From: Antedon mediterranea
Taxonomy: Eukaryota > Animalia > Echinodermata
Length of the DNA: 64,000 bases
Assembly: GCF_964355755.1 (NCBI RefSeq)
Contig: NC_092672.1
Coordinates: 18,489,237 to 18,553,236, forward strand
Direction of reading: 5' to 3'
Shown: one piece after another, positions 11,640-25,217 of the stretch
Position numbering within the stretch: position 1 is the first letter of the stretch
Layout of the letters: every line of letters begins with the position of its first letter
Notes under the pieces: generated by a model
What the model was told of the DNA's origin: nothing
Database searches by the model: none
The model's input: only the letters and a program-made list of their open reading frames with translations
Translations under genes and position numbers: made by a program

Positions 11640-14600
11640 ACTGATGATGTCCTGATTCTCAGTTTTAAACTCTTAAGCTGTCGATTGCAGATGTACTGAT
11701 CATTCTGTCAATCTAAGTTGTTGTGTTGACTACAGATGTGGTGATTATTCTGTCAATTTAAATTGTTGTGTTGACTACAGATCATTCTGACATTTTAAGT
11801 TATTGTGTCTACTGCAGATGTGCAGATCATTCTGTCAATTTAAGTTCTTGTGTCGGCTGCAGATGTGCTGATCATTCTGTCTTTTAAGTTCTTGTGTCGA
11901 CTGCAGATGTGGTGATCATTCTGTCATTTAAAGTTCTCGTGTCGAATGCAGATGTGGTAATTATTCTGTCATTTAAAGTTCTTGTGTCGACTGCAGATGT
12001 GGTGATCATTCTGTCATTTAAAGTTCTTGTGTCGACTGCAGATGTGGTGATCATTCTGTCATTTAAAGTTCTTGTGTTTACTGCAGATGTGGTGATCGTT
12101 CTGTCTTTTTAAGTTCTTGTGTTTACTGCAGATGTGGTGATCGTTCTGTCTTTTTAAGTTCTTGTGTCGACTGCAGATGTGGTGATCGTTCTGTCATTTA
12201 AAGTTCTTGTGTCGACTGCAGATGTGCTGATCATTCTGTCATTTAAAGTTCTTGTGTTTACTGCAGATGTGGTGATCATTCTGTCTTTTAAAGTTCTTGT
12301 GTTTACTGCAGATGTGGTGATCGTTCTGTCTTTTTAAGTTCTTGTGTCGACTGCAGATGTGGTGATCGTTCTGTCATTTAAAGTTCTTGTGTCGACTGCA
12401 GATGTGCTGATCATTCTGTCATTTAAAGTTCTTGTGTTGACTGCAGATGTGGTGATCATTCTGTCATTTAAAGTTCTTGTGTTTACTGCAGATGTGGTAA
12501 TTATTCTGTCATTTAAAGTTCTTGTGTTTACTGCAGATGTGGTAATTATTCTGTCATTTAAAGTTCTTGTGTTTACTGCAGATGTGGTAATTATTCTGTC
12601 ATTTAAAGTTCTTGTGTTTACTGCAGATGTGGTAATTATTCTGTCATTTAAAGTTCTTGTGTTTACTGCAGATGTGGTAATTATTCTGTCATTTAAAGTT
12701 CTTGTGTTTACTGCAGATGTGGTAATTATTCTGTCATTTAAAGTTCTTGTGTTTACTGCAGATGTGGTGATCATTCTGTCATTTAAAGTTCTTGTGTCGA
12801 CTGCAGATGTGGTGATCATTCTGTCATTTAAAGTTCTTGTGTTTACTGCAGATGTGGTAATTATTCTGTCATTTAAAGTTCTTGTGTTTACTGCAGATGT
12901 GGTGATCATTCTGTCATTTAAAGTTCTTGTGTTTACTGCAGATGTGGTGATCGTTCTGTCTTTTTAAGTTCTTGTGTCGACTGCAGATGTGGTGATCGTT
13001 CTGTCATTTAAAGTTCTTGTGTCGACTGCAGATGTGCTGATCATTCTGTCATTTAAAGTTCTTGTGTTGACTGCAGATGTGGTGATCATTCTGTCATTTA
13101 AAGTTCTTGTGTTTACTGCAGATGTGGTAATTATTCTGTCATTTAAAGTTCTTGTGTTTACTGCAGATGTGGTGATCATTCTGTCATTTAAAGTTCTTGT
13201 GTTTACTGCAGATGTGGTGATCGTTCTGTCTTTTTAAGTTCTTGTGTCGACTGCAGATGTGGTGATCGTTCTGTCATTTAAAGTTCTTGTGTCGACTGCA
13301 GATGTGCTGATCATTCTGTCATTTAAAGTTCTTGTGTTGACTGCAGATGTGGTGATCATTCTGTCATTTAAAGTTCTTGTGTTTACTGCAGATGTGGTAA
13401 TTATTCTGTCATTTAAAGTTCTTGTGTTTACTGCAGATGTGGTAATTATTCTGTCATTTAAAGTTCTTGTGTTTACTGCAGATGTGGTAATTATTCTGTC
13501 ATTTAAAGTTCTTGTGTTTACTGCAGATGTGGTAATTATTCTGTCATTTAAAGTTCTTGTGTTTACTGCAGATGTGGTAATTATTCTGTCATTTAAAGTT
13601 CTTGTGTTTACTGCAGATGTGGTAATTATTCTGTCATTTAAAGTTCTTGTGTTTACTGCAGATGTGGTGATCATTCTGTCATTTAAAGTTCTTGTGTCGA
13701 CTGCAGATGTGGTGATCATTCTGTCATTTAAAGTTCTTGTGTTTACTGCAGATGTGGTAATTATTCTGTCATTTAAAGTTCTTGTGTTTACTGCAGATGT
13801 GGTAATTATTCTGTCTTTTTAAGTTCTTGTGTTTACTGCAGATGTGGTGATCATTCTGTCATTTAAAGTTCTTGTGTTTACTGCAGATGTGGTGATCATT
13901 CTGTCTTTTTTAAGTTCTTGTGTTTACTGCAGATGTGGTGATCATTCTGTCATTTAAAGTTCTTGTGTCGACTGCAGATGTGGTGATCATTCTGTCATTT
14001 AAAGTTCTTGTGTTTACTGCAGATGTGGTAATTATTCTGTCATTTAAAGTTCTTGTGTTGACTGCAGATGTGGTAATTATTCTGTCATTTAAAGTTCTTG
14101 TGTTTACTGCAGATGTGGTGATCATTCTGTCATTTAAAGTTCTTGTGTTTACTGCAGATGTGGTAATTATTCTGTCATTTAAAGTTCTTGTGTTGACTGC
14201 AGATGTGGTGATCATTCTGTCATTTAAAGTTCTTGTGTTTACTGCAGATGTGGTAATTATTCTGTCATTTAAAGTTCTTGTGTCGACTGCAGATGTGGTA
14301 ATTATTCTGTCATTTAAAGTTCTTGTGTTTACTGCAGATGTGGTGATTATTCTGTCATTTAAAGTTCTTGTGTTTACTGCAGATGTGGTAATTATTCTGT
14401 CATTTAAAGTTCTTGTGTTTACTGCAGATGTGGTAATTATTCTGTCATTTAAAGTTCTTGTGTTTACTGCAGATGTGGTGATCATTCTGTCTTTTTAAGT
14501 TCTTGTGTTTACTGCAGATGTGGTAATTATTCTGTCATTTAAAGTTCTTGTGTTTACTGCAGATGTGGTAATTATTCTGTCTTTTTAAGTTCTTGTGTTT

Positions 14601-14780
14601 ACTGCAGATGTGCTGATTATTCCGTCATATAAAGTTCTTGTGTCGACTGCAGATGTGCTGATCATTCTGTGATTTAATCTGCAGATAATGCTGTTATTTT
14701 AAGTTCTTGTGTCGACTGCAGATGTGCTGATAATTCTGTTATTGTGTCGACCGCAGTTAATTCAGTCATTTAAAATTCAT
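11640..14780. repeat. 45-bp minisatellite, roughly 65-70 copies, with degenerate edges and higher-order duplication
   Basis: Unit GTTCTTGTGTTTACTGCAGATGTGGTGATCATTCTGTCATTTAAA. The same variant series restarts at ~12331, 12961 and 13231. Confidence 0.97.
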
Positions 14781-15973
14781 GTGTTGACTGTGTGGAATGC
14801 AGGTATTCTGATTATTCAGTATATTGTGTTGCCTTTAATCATCTCGGACATTTCTGTTTGGTTATTATTTAACTTCGGACATCTGTACTGCATTGCTGTA
14901 TAAAAAATATTAAATATATTTAGTCTTTTACATACAGGTATTTATTTAATTAGTATTTTAACTCATTGGATTGGTATTGCTTTGGTAAATATGAAAACAA
15001 CATCAGCAAACTATAGCAAATATCAAACCTGAAACAGAACAATTTAAATGAGATTTGAATCATATGATTAAAAATCAATTCATTCAAGTAAACCTGCTTA
15101 CAATAACATTGTAAGCAGCTTACAATAACATTGAAGGTGGTTATTCAAATTCAATTAAAGGGACAGTCACAAATATTTTGAATGAGATTTTAATATGTAA
15201 CAACTGTCTAATTGAGTTGGTATTGCAACCAGCCTTGACCTCCTCCACTTCTTCCGGTCAAAGTTCAATAACATTTTATGCATTTACGCCCTCTACGACG
15301 AATAAGTAACGAATGTTATAACACTTCACCTATTTAATTTTTTTCAAAATATTTTGGTATGGATTGATGGCCCTTCACCTACTTTACCATTTGCCACCCC
15401 AGTTCTGCAAACTTGTTTGCATCTACGCCCTCTACGCCAAATCAGTAACTGGCTTTTACGAACATTATAAAATTGACCTACTTAATATTTTAAAAATATT
15501 TTAGTATGAATTGATGTCCTTTGACCTACTTAACCATTTTCCACCTAGTTTCTACGCCCTCTATGGCAAATAAGTAAGTACAAATGTTATAACACTTGAC
15601 TTACTTAATTTTTTCAAATATTTTGGTATGGATCGATGGCCCTTGACCTACCATTTGAATGAATGCGCAGCTTCCACAGCATTTATTATCAAATATCTAA
15701 AAATATTTAAAATTTGTTGTTTGTACACGGACAAAGCTCTTAAAGTTATAAAAAAACATCAAAAAACATGATAATGAAAAAGCACATCAAAGACACAAAC
15801 AGCATAGAGGCAAAAGAGAAATTCCAATAACAACAAATTGTCATATTATTCTATGATGAATTTCCTGTTTTCCTATGTTGATGTTATCATAGGTCATCCA
15901 GACTCCTAGGTATTTAAATGCTTACATTATGAAGATTTGTGCACTTTGATGTTGATAATAGAGGTTAGATCCT

Positions 15974-17575
15974 ATGAAAATCACATATAGAGCACACAGA
16001 GGGACAGACGATGCCACAGCCACTCTCATTCACAACACTCAACAACATCTCGACAAAAACAACACATTCACACGCCTTCTTTTCATTTACTTCAGTTCCG
16101 CCTTCAACACAATACTACCTCACATTCTCCTTTCCAAGCTTATTAACATGAATATAAACTCATCTATCATTCTCTGGATAAAAGACTTTTTAACAAACAG
16201 ATCACAACAAGTTAAATTCGGAAATGCTACATCAACAACCACATTCACCAATACAGGCTCACCACAAGGCTGCGTTTGTCTCCCCTGTTATACATTCTGT
16301 ATACAAACGACTGTAGAAATGCCACCGACTCCTGTCGTTTGATAACATTCAAGATGCTGAAGCGCTTTAGAACTATTTTACCGAAATAAAGTTATTTACA
16401 GAGTGGTGTAAAGAAAACTATCTTATTTTAAATTCTAAGAAAACCAAAGAAATGATTATCGATTTTAGAAAGAAATAAAGTAATCATGATGATGTAGTAA
16501 TCGATGGTGAATGTATAAAAGTTGTCAAAGAATACAAGTACTTAGGAACAATCATAGATGATAAATTAAAATGGAGCAAAAATACAAACATGCTATATAA
16601 AAAGGGTCAGCAACAACTGCAATTTAAGAAATTTAAAGTAGATAACAAAATTCTAACCATGTTTCACAAATCGATGGTACTTAGCCTGATATCTTTTTGT
16701 TATGCTGTGTTGGGAAATAGTCTCAATGTAAAAGATAAGAGAAAACTACATAGAATCGTACGAAGAGCTAGTAAAATGCTAAATATCCCTGAAATCGATC
16801 TTAATATAAGATTTGATGAGTCAGAGTTATCACTTGTAAAACAAATAATGGCAAATATAAACCATGTCCATTATGTGCCGAGTGCAACTTTTTAACACGT
16901 TCACTGCCACGGCGTATTTATACGTCAAAAATTGCGTGTCGCTACTTGCCAAGACGTAATACTACGTCAAAATCGTAGCACTTTTGTATTGTATGTAGAA
17001 TCGCTGGCAGTGGTGATTGGAACAGGAATTATCGCATGGCAGTTTATGAATGATGTACGTAAACGATAATCTAAAAATATTTTGAATGACATCATGATAG
17101 TCTGTGACCAGATGTTACACTTTCAAACTGTAATTTAATATGTAAACGGGACTTGGCACTGGGACAGAAATTACGGAAAATGCCTTGGCAGTCAATGTGT
17201 TAAGGTCATGGTGCCATTTACGGAGTATTCTCTCACGAACTACAAGATATAGTAAATCGTTGGTACCAAGTTCAATTAAAACTTTTAATAAGCAGTGCAA
17301 TAGATAAATATACAATTATGAATGGACTGATTTTGCGATATTTTACATATTTTAAATAAAGTATTTTTTTATGATATTTTAATAAAGTACATATTTACTT
17401 CAATAATTTGCAATAATCTGCAATACGCCTAGTCTTTCCTCAAAACAAGTTACGTGTGCTTTTTTATATTTTAATTTTTATTTCTTTTGTTGTAAGTATT
17501 GTGAATGATGTACAGTATAACTCTATATATGTATGTATGTGTTATGTATGTAGTGTATCAAACGACACATTTCCT
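15974..17575 (+). mobile_element. 5'-truncated Rex1/Babar-like (L2/CR1 group) LINE, RT region, degraded
   Basis: YRAHRGTDDA, RLLFIYFSSAFNTILPHILLSKL, TGSPQGCV, LNSKKTKEMIIDFRK, EYKYLGTIIDDKLKW and RTTRYSKSLVPSSIKLL motifs. Confidence 0.88.
16896..17199. mobile_element. piggyBac-like MITE with TTAA target-site duplication, inserted in the LINE
   Basis: TTAA|CACGTTCACTGCCA ... TGGCAGTCAATGTG|TTAA. Excision restores the LINE frame (ECNFLRSWCHLRSILSRTTRY). Confidence 0.85.
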
Positions 17576-17992
17576 AGTTTCGAGAACTTTATTGCGTCTA
17601 TGCCCTCTACGCCGAATAAGTAACTGGCTTTTACGAACGTTATAACACTTGACCTACTTAATATTTTCAAAATAATTTAGTATGAATTGATGACCTTTGA
17701 TCTGCTTTACCATTTGCCACCCTAATTCCGCGAACTTTATTGCGTCTACGGCAAATAAGTTTTACGTTCGTAAAAGCTAGTTACTTATTCGCTTTAGCGG
17801 GCGTAAATGCATAACATGTTATTGGACTTTGACCGGAAGAAGTAGAAGAGGTCAAGGCTAACATGTTGATGCTATAACAACACAATTAGACAGTTATTAC
17901 ATATTAAAATCTGTTTTTAAAAATATTTGTGACTGTCCATTTAATTGAATTTAAATAAGGACCTTGGAACTAGTAACCAACTTCACAGACAT

Positions 17993-18133
17993 CTAGCTCA
18001 CCTCCATATCATCGTCTTCATAAAAGTAGTGATCCAGAATTTGTTGTGCTAGTTCTTGAACAATGTGTATGTTGTGATTGGCAAGGAGGTCCAGGCGATC
18101 CAAAAAACCAAACTCTTCAAACTTCATTTTGCT
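17993..18133 (-). CDS. TMCO6: TMCO6/importin-alpha-like ARM protein, last coding exon
   Basis: ctgatag acceptor; SKMKFEEFGFLDRLDLLANHNIHIVQELAQQILDHYFYEDDDMEVS*, resembling an importin-alpha-type C-terminus; phase 0 matches the previous exon. Confidence 0.8.
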   Translation of the reverse strand, partial: SKMKFEEFGFLDRLDLLANHNIHIVQELAQQILDHYFYEDDDMEVS

Positions 18134-18535
18134 CTATCAGAAGAAATTAAATGAATTGTATCAAAAAAATTAGTCTGGGTTCCAGACAGAGTTTTGTCTT
18201 AACATTAGTAAAAAGATAAATATTTTGGCACATATGGCGTTTCATACGTATACAACTAGATTTTGGATACTCCGTCTGGGCACACACGTACAAGTCACGT
18301 GGTTTGACACCAAGAATTCTTGCATACAATTATCCAGTTGACTAGTTTCAGCCGCATGCCATTGGCTTATCACTAGTACGCAGTTTTAATATTCATATTT
18401 CAGAATTTCAAAGACTCAACAACTAAGAAAAGATGATGCGCATGCGCTATGTTACGTTTAGACAATGTGTACCTGGGTCAAAGATTTTATATAGCCAAAG
18501 GCTAGATTGCAAAGAATATATGTTATAGCAGTTCA

Positions 18536-18934
18536 AAAGTGATTCTCCATGGAGAGGGAACAAACAAGATGGCGGCTGCAATCAACCAATCAGATATGCC
18601 CTATGCAGTACGCACCACTACGCCTGTGTTGAGCCTATCTGCGTGAGAACGATACGCAACGCAGCGCGTTAAGCGTATAAATGCGAACGCATTCTATTTG
18701 ATCATCATATACAAAAATTGCTAGATTACCAAGAAATTATTCATTTTATTGCAATTAACAATAATTATATTTATTTTATAAAACCTTCACTGTGCTTTGA
18801 CAAGAATATGTGTTGTAATTTATGTAGTCTTAATGTATTATATTAGATTATTATTTTTTATATTAAATAATGTTTTTGAGCACATTTACGGCCGCCATCT
18901 TGTAGGTTCCCCCTCCTGATGTTAGAATCACCTT
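18536..18934. mobile_element. MITE with ~45-bp imperfect TIRs
   Basis: AAAGTGATTCT...GGGAACAAACAAGATGGCGGC on the left; GCCGCCATCTTGTAGGTTCCC...AGAATCACCTTT on the right. Confidence 0.65.
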
Positions 18935-19980
18935 TAGTCTGGAGTAAGCCCTCTAGTCTTCTTATTACATCTCTCTGACATAAGTACATTGATGAACGTT
19001 TCTAAAGCCTAAAAATGATTTTATATGCCTAGTAGTCTGGGATGGGATTTTTCCCAAGAACAAAACTCGTCTTGATATGATAGGCTAGCTTCACCACAAA
19101 TCAAACATTGAATGGATCATTAAGCAGTGATAATTTGATAAGAGATATTATAAGAGATAATTCTCATCCAGACCCTGTCCTGTGTGTGGTAGTGTAGCTC
19201 TGTTGTGTGCCGGTGGTGGTATGTACCTCATTGGCGTTTTATTTGGCAGGTCATACGTACGAGTTGAGTAGGCCTAAGGCCAGGACTAAACAATATAAAC
19301 AAAACAACTTGGCAACACAATTTTATATTTCAACAGTTGTTCAGTCTTGATCATACATTCAGCACTGTACATACTTGACCTTTTTCATTTTGAAACAAAA
19401 ATGATCATTGGTCGATTCGAAATCCATATTTACATACCACCCGCCCCATATAGACAAATACTGTATGATAACGTTAACCTACATCATTCTTATCAGATGT
19501 TTGCAGTCTGCAAATCGAATTCTATACGTGTTTCACAAGTCTGTATTTTCAGACCAAAATCGAAATAAAAACAAATAAATAAAAAAAAAGACAATACAGT
19601 AAATACAGACTTGGGGAAAGTCTACAAAAAAGTATATAAACTATAATTAATTCGTCACTATATGTTATATGCATTGATTTAAATAAAGATAATTGATTTT
19701 TAAAAGATAATTGATTTTGAAAAGATACATCGATTGATTTTCTCAGAATCTTTAATTATTTATAATATATGATAGGATCTTGGAAACGCAAATACAAAAG
19801 CCGGTATCACAATCCGATCCAAATCTGCATATATTGTCATAAACCGCATTTGTTACATAATAATAAAGACATAAGTTACTTTTTATCTAGAATTCATTAT
19901 AAATCATGTGTATAATCTATACAATAAGAAATAAAATTGAACAAACAATACGGATAATAAAAAAAAAATCTTATTTTGTT

Positions 19981-20062
19981 TCGTTCCCCACGATGAGACT
20001 CGATCTCGGTACATTGAATGCCAAAGACACGAGCACAGACCACGGAGCCATACACAACTGAC
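19981..20062 (-). mobile_element. tRNA-like (SINE head) relic
   Basis: Minus strand has A-box-like TGGCTCCGTGG and B-box-like GAGATCGAGTCTC at tRNA-like spacing. Confidence 0.35.
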
Positions 20063-20089
20063 TAAAAGTAGTGAATAATAAATTTACCT

Positions 20090-20530
20090 GTAACCAAGTG
20101 GAAAGCCTAGAAAGTGATTTAACAGAGTTCATATGGATAGAGATTAAGCAAACGCGTCATAAAAGCTTGCTTGTTGGATTATTCTATAGACCACCAAACG
20201 CTACACTTGATGTCCTCCGTTGTTTTACTTCGTCTGTTGAAATCGCTATGCTATACTACAAAAACAGCGAATTCCTTATTCTTGGAGATTTCAACCTACC
20301 CAAAATTAATTGGACTAGCAACCCTCATTCTGCTCCAGCTCAGTCTATGGAAGAACACTTACTTGATGTATTGCTTTCTAGCTGTGGCCTATTTCAATGC
20401 AATATGTTTTGTACAAGACTGGATAAAATGCTTGATTTTGTTATTTGTAGTAAAAACATTTCTGACAAGGTCTATACCACCTAACGATATTTTTTTTATC
20501 TGACTACTCATCTTTGAGAATTGATTTCTG
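20090..20530 (+). mobile_element. APE endonuclease fragment of a CR1-group LINE (intronic)
   Basis: EFIWIEI, VGLFYRPPN, ILGDFNLPKINW and TRLDKMLDFVI motifs. Confidence 0.85.
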
Positions 20531-21170
20531 TTTAAATTTTGATGTTAATACAAGTCAAATAATCTTCCTTCTGTCATGATAACGTTTCGGTCCAGTCTAA
20601 TTATGATAAAGCTACCACATTTAATTCTTATTTTCATTCTTTTTTTCAGTGAGCCTTCTGTAGAAGTTGCAGGATAACCCTTGTGATTGTTAAAAATCAT
20701 CAGCATCATCATCTTTTTTTTTGTAAATTTTGTGTCTAGCGTATCTCTAAAACTTGGAAACATAACATCACTAACTTTCTCAAAATATCGCCATTCACGT
20801 GAAGTTGTGCAGCTAACATTTTTATGAGTTAAAGTTAAATGCAATTTTATGATTATAGCATATTTAACATAGGTCGAAAGCAATGAAACTTAGCAAAAGT
20901 TTAATTTATATCATACACTAACATTCTATTGAAAAAAAATGTTATGTTCAACAGAAAGTTATGCATGCACACGCGTTTAAAAGTTTAAAGTGCGAAATAT
21001 CAATTTCTAATCAACTTTCTACGCGTATCTTGTCATTTTGAGCATGTCAAATGTTCCCACATACGCGCAAATTTTTACGCACGCAGTGCGCATGCAGCGA
21101 TTTGAACTCGTTTGATTTTTTAACTTTTTTTAAGAGTCAAATAAAAAGAAAAAGCAAATACAAATTCTAC

Positions 21171-21338
21171 CTGTCTATAATACATTAACATCATATTACA
21201 AAAATTAAGCGTTCCAGTAAGTAGTTCAGGGTCTGGTGAGGTAAGGAATGGGATGACGGCTTGAATGACACCCTGTTGCAATAGCTCTTCACAGGTGTCT
21301 CTACCACTATATGCCATATTGCATAGACAAACCAGTGC
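21171..21338 (-). CDS. TMCO6: TMCO6-like ARM protein exon
   Basis: ttatag/GCA...CAG/gtagaa; 168 nt, ALVCLCNMAYSGRDTCEELLQQGVIQAVIPFLTSPDPELLTGTLNFCNMMLMYYRQ; phase 0/0. Confidence 0.85.
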
Positions 21339-22331
21339 CTATAAAAAAAACAAATAGTTATGGAAAGTTATAAATGAAGTTCTTAATAGAAAAACCAAGT
21401 GTTTTACCTAATAAGGTCAACAATAGTGATAGTACTTTGACATGTGATCCAAAGGGTATGTCTAGCACTATATTTAGTCTCATATCAATTAAATTCTTTG
21501 ACATGACTATATTGATGGGTAAACCGATTGAAACAACCTAATTGCTAGGGAAGCAACCGGAGAGCTCTTTACGGTAATCAAGCATGCAGTATATTAACAA
21601 CAAGAAAGCATGTACATGGTGAAAGGATGAAAATTTTAGAGCTGTCAATCGCATAATTTCAGACTTTAATAGACTTATGTATTTTGTTACAAAATAATGT
21701 ATTAATTAATGTGTAATTAATGGGTGGGCTTATAACCGAGTGTCTCATTTTGCATGAAAATTAGTCAAAAGTCAGGGGTGGGCTTATACGGTAGTATGGT
21801 ACTTTTATTTAACAAGAGGTTAAAACAATACCCTGGGGACACTTCCAACACACCAAAAACAACCAGGAACAATTTTAAGATTCAGCCAAGAAGCCTTTTT
21901 CACAATTAAAATCTCATTACAAGGAATCTCTTTGGTTTTATACAACACACTTCTTGTTAGGATGTTGAATATGCGTGTTGTATAAATGCGCCCATTTTAG
22001 GCTTCCATCTAAAATCAAAATAAGTTTTAAAAAATAATTTAAAAACATAAATTTGCAAAAGGTACTCTTTAAATGACTCCTAGATCTATATAAGGCGTCA
22101 TCTACAAATTATTTCAGACCACAAATCAGCGTCCAGATGCGTTTTCTATTGTTTACACAAAAACGCGTCTCAAAACCTGTCTGATTTGGCTACGTCTAGA
22201 CGCCAATATGCATGTTCGACTATGGCTCCGCCGTTATATACGGCTGACTGCACATTGTTATACTGACGTGTACTGGTGGTAAAACGCGCTACATACAAGT
22301 GAATTCATTGATTTTATAGCAATAACTTTAT

Positions 22332-25217
22332 TTATGACAAGGATGGACTCATGGGCATAACACTGTTAATTATGAAGTTCTTGCTAATTCAAACATTTCA
22401 TGGACTTGTTGCAACTGTGGAATGCCCAATTTTTCCACATCATTATTCTCACAATGGACCATTGAGATGTCAAATAGTTCTTCTAGTACAAGTACAAGTT
22501 ATAGCTTAGATAAAAATCCACTCAGTCCACCGGTGGCGACATGTTAACAAAAACCAACCACCTTCCAAAGACACACACTTGAGGGATGAAAAAGGCATGA
22601 TCAATGAAAGGACTCGGACTAAACCTAAACGTGATACCGCCAAGGTACCATTAAAAATTCTTGTTATAAATTTCCAAAGCATAAAGAACAAAACAGCAGA
22701 ACTTGCTGTCTGCCTGGACATCAATAAGCCAGACATTGTAATAGGGACCGAGACCTGGTTAAACCCCACAATTGGTAGTATTGAGATTTTGCCTCATGAG
22801 TATACTGTTATCCGCAAAGATCATGATGACTCAAGGGGAGGCATCTTACTCGCATTTAAGAAAAACCTTGTTACCGCACATATTACTGATACGGACACAA
22901 ACTGTTAGATTGTATGGGCAGAATTACAAATTACAGGTGCTAAATCACTTCTGATTGGAGACTTTTTATCACCCCCTGATAAGAAAAACGCCGCTTATCT
23001 TCAACCGTTAAGAAAATCTTCAACCAAAATCAAAAACATTCACAACTGTAACGTTTGGCTAGGTGGAGATTTTAACGTAGGTGATATAGACTGGGAGAGA
23101 CAAACCATTAGACCAGGAAATGATCCAAGAAATGTCTGTCACCAACTAATTGACCTAACTTCAGATTTCAACTTGGAGCAGCAGGTTATGTATCCTACTC
23201 GACATAATAGGATTTTGGATTTATTCTTCACAAATAACTCTACACTAGTTGATAGTTCCAATGTAATACCGGGATGTAGTGATCACGACGGAATTGCAGT
23301 AATCACCATGAACTTGAAACCAAAACTAAATGCCCAGAAAGTTTATTTGTATCATAAGGCAAATATGATCGAACTCAAACAGGACATGAAAAAACAGAAG
23401 CGATGTTGTTTGTGTGGAGGATTTGTAGAAACAATTTAAAGTCAAGTTGTTCGAATTGATGGACAAACATATACCAACTAAAATGTCTGGGAAGACAAAC
23501 AAACCACCGTGGATAAACAATAAAATTAAGAAAATGCTACGGCTCAAACAGAAAGCCTACAACAAAGCAAGAAAAACTGGCAATGTAACAGACTGGGACA
23601 AATTAAAAAATATACGCCGTTACGGACACACACCTTTAAAGTAACAAGAACTGCTCACAGGAGATATATCCGTGAATTTTGCTTGGCATAAAAAAAAACA
23701 GTTTTGGTCCTTCGTAAAAAGCTTAAAGAAAGACTCCTCTGGCATACCAGCACTTATAGATCAAGGATCAGATAACATTACAAAAGCGGAACTACTAAAT
23801 ACCCAGTTCACATTTTTACTAGGGAGGATTTAACATCTATCCCCCAAGTTGAGCCCTGTAAACACACACCTATTCCTGATACTGTTGATCCAAACGGCAT
23901 TGAAAAATTACTCACACCAAATAAAGCTCCAGGGTCTGATGGAATACATCCACATATTTTAAAGGAATTAGCCACTAAACTAGCCCCTATTTTAACAATA
24001 ATCTACCAATGCTCACTAGACACTTGTCAACTACACAAGGATTGGAAATTAGCAAACATCACCCCGATTTTAAAAAAAGGGGAGAGAACTAAACCAAGCA
24101 ATAATAGGCCAGTATCGCTTACTTCGGTGTGCTGTAAGTTGCTTGAACATGTAGTCCACTCTAACATTATGGACTGTTTTGATAAAAACCATACACTCAC
24201 TGATCAAAACACAGGTTTAGGAGCAAGCATTCGTGTGAAACCCAACTTATTCAAACTATACATGATCTAACCTTTGCACAAAATAGCAAACACCAGACCG
24301 ATGTTGTAGTAATTGATTTCCCAAAGGCGTTTGATGTAGTAGCACATCAACGTTTACTTGTTAAATTAACACATTATGGGATCTGTGGCAAACTTATCAT
24401 TAGATTTCTGTATTTCTTGCAAACCGATTACAGTGAGTAATTGTAGGCGGCGAGCACTTCAAAATTATTGCAGCAAGATCTCGACACTCTGTCAATATGG
24501 CAGAGAAAATGGCAGATGTCCTTCAATGTAAACAAATGCTATCTCCTCAGAATTGCGGCATCAAAAAACCCAATTGCCAACAACACAGTCTTGGAAATTC
24601 GATCTTGCAAGAGACTCACACCCACACCTATTTAGGTGTTGACATTGCTCACAATCTGAAATGGAACACACACATTAACAGAATAGTTAGCACAGCCAAT
24701 AAAACTCTTGGTTTTGTTCGCCGAAACCTAAGTTTCTGTAATACGGACACTAAAGCAACTGCATACACTGCACTTGTAAGGCCAACCTTGGAATATTGTT
24801 CTGGGGTTTGGGACCCCTTCACCACTGAACCCACACAAAAAATTGGTAAAATTCAACGGCGAGCAGCCAGAATGGTCCATAACAACTATGACTGGCAACA
24901 GAGCATAACAGAACTAATCTGGCTCTGCCACTCCATTTTTATCTGGCGCCGGCTCAAAGGCAAACCAGTCGATCTTTAACCAGCAAATCATTTATCCAAC
25001 ACCAAACACGCACTAATACTTACAAGTTCTCATATGTGACAAGAACAACTAGGGACTGGAACGAACTACCTCCAAGTATACAGAACATTGAAGAAAGTGA
25101 ATCTTTCAAGGAAGCATTAAAAGAACACTCAAGAAACATATCACCTGAAATCAGAGACTAAATGCGCACAAACCCTGCTTGTTTTGATCCTTAAGCAGTA
25201 CCCGAAAGAAGAAGAAG
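22332..25217 (+). mobile_element. CR1-group LINE (PHD-like N-terminus, APE, RT with internal deletion), (GAA)n tail
   Basis: WTCCNCGMPNFS, VINFQSIKNK, GTETWL, GGDFN, LDLFFTN, KAPGSDGI, RPVSLTSVCCKLLEH, DFPKAFD, YLGVDIAHNLKW and LVRPTLEYCSGVWDP motifs. The PQG and YADD segment is missing at ~24460. Candidate TSD AACTTTAT at 22324-22331 and 25218-25225. Confidence 0.92.

Larger units (their letters stand above)
15135..17965. mobile_element. Non-autonomous DNA element with ~170-bp imperfect terminal inverted repeats and ~130-140-bp internal subrepeats, split by a LINE
   Basis: 15141-15310 is the reverse complement of 17780-17958 (GACAGTCACAAATATTTT...CTTCTTCCGGTCAAAGT...ATGCATTTACGCCC). The subrepeat TACGCCCTCTAC...AATAAGTAA occurs at ~15285, 15425, 15553 and 17599. 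Confidence 0.75.

Noticed and set aside
11894-14498. ORFs VFTADVVIILSFKVL / ITTSAVNTRTLNDR on both strands
   Set aside because: Products of the 45-bp array, broken by stops and a frameshift, with no unique coding flanks.
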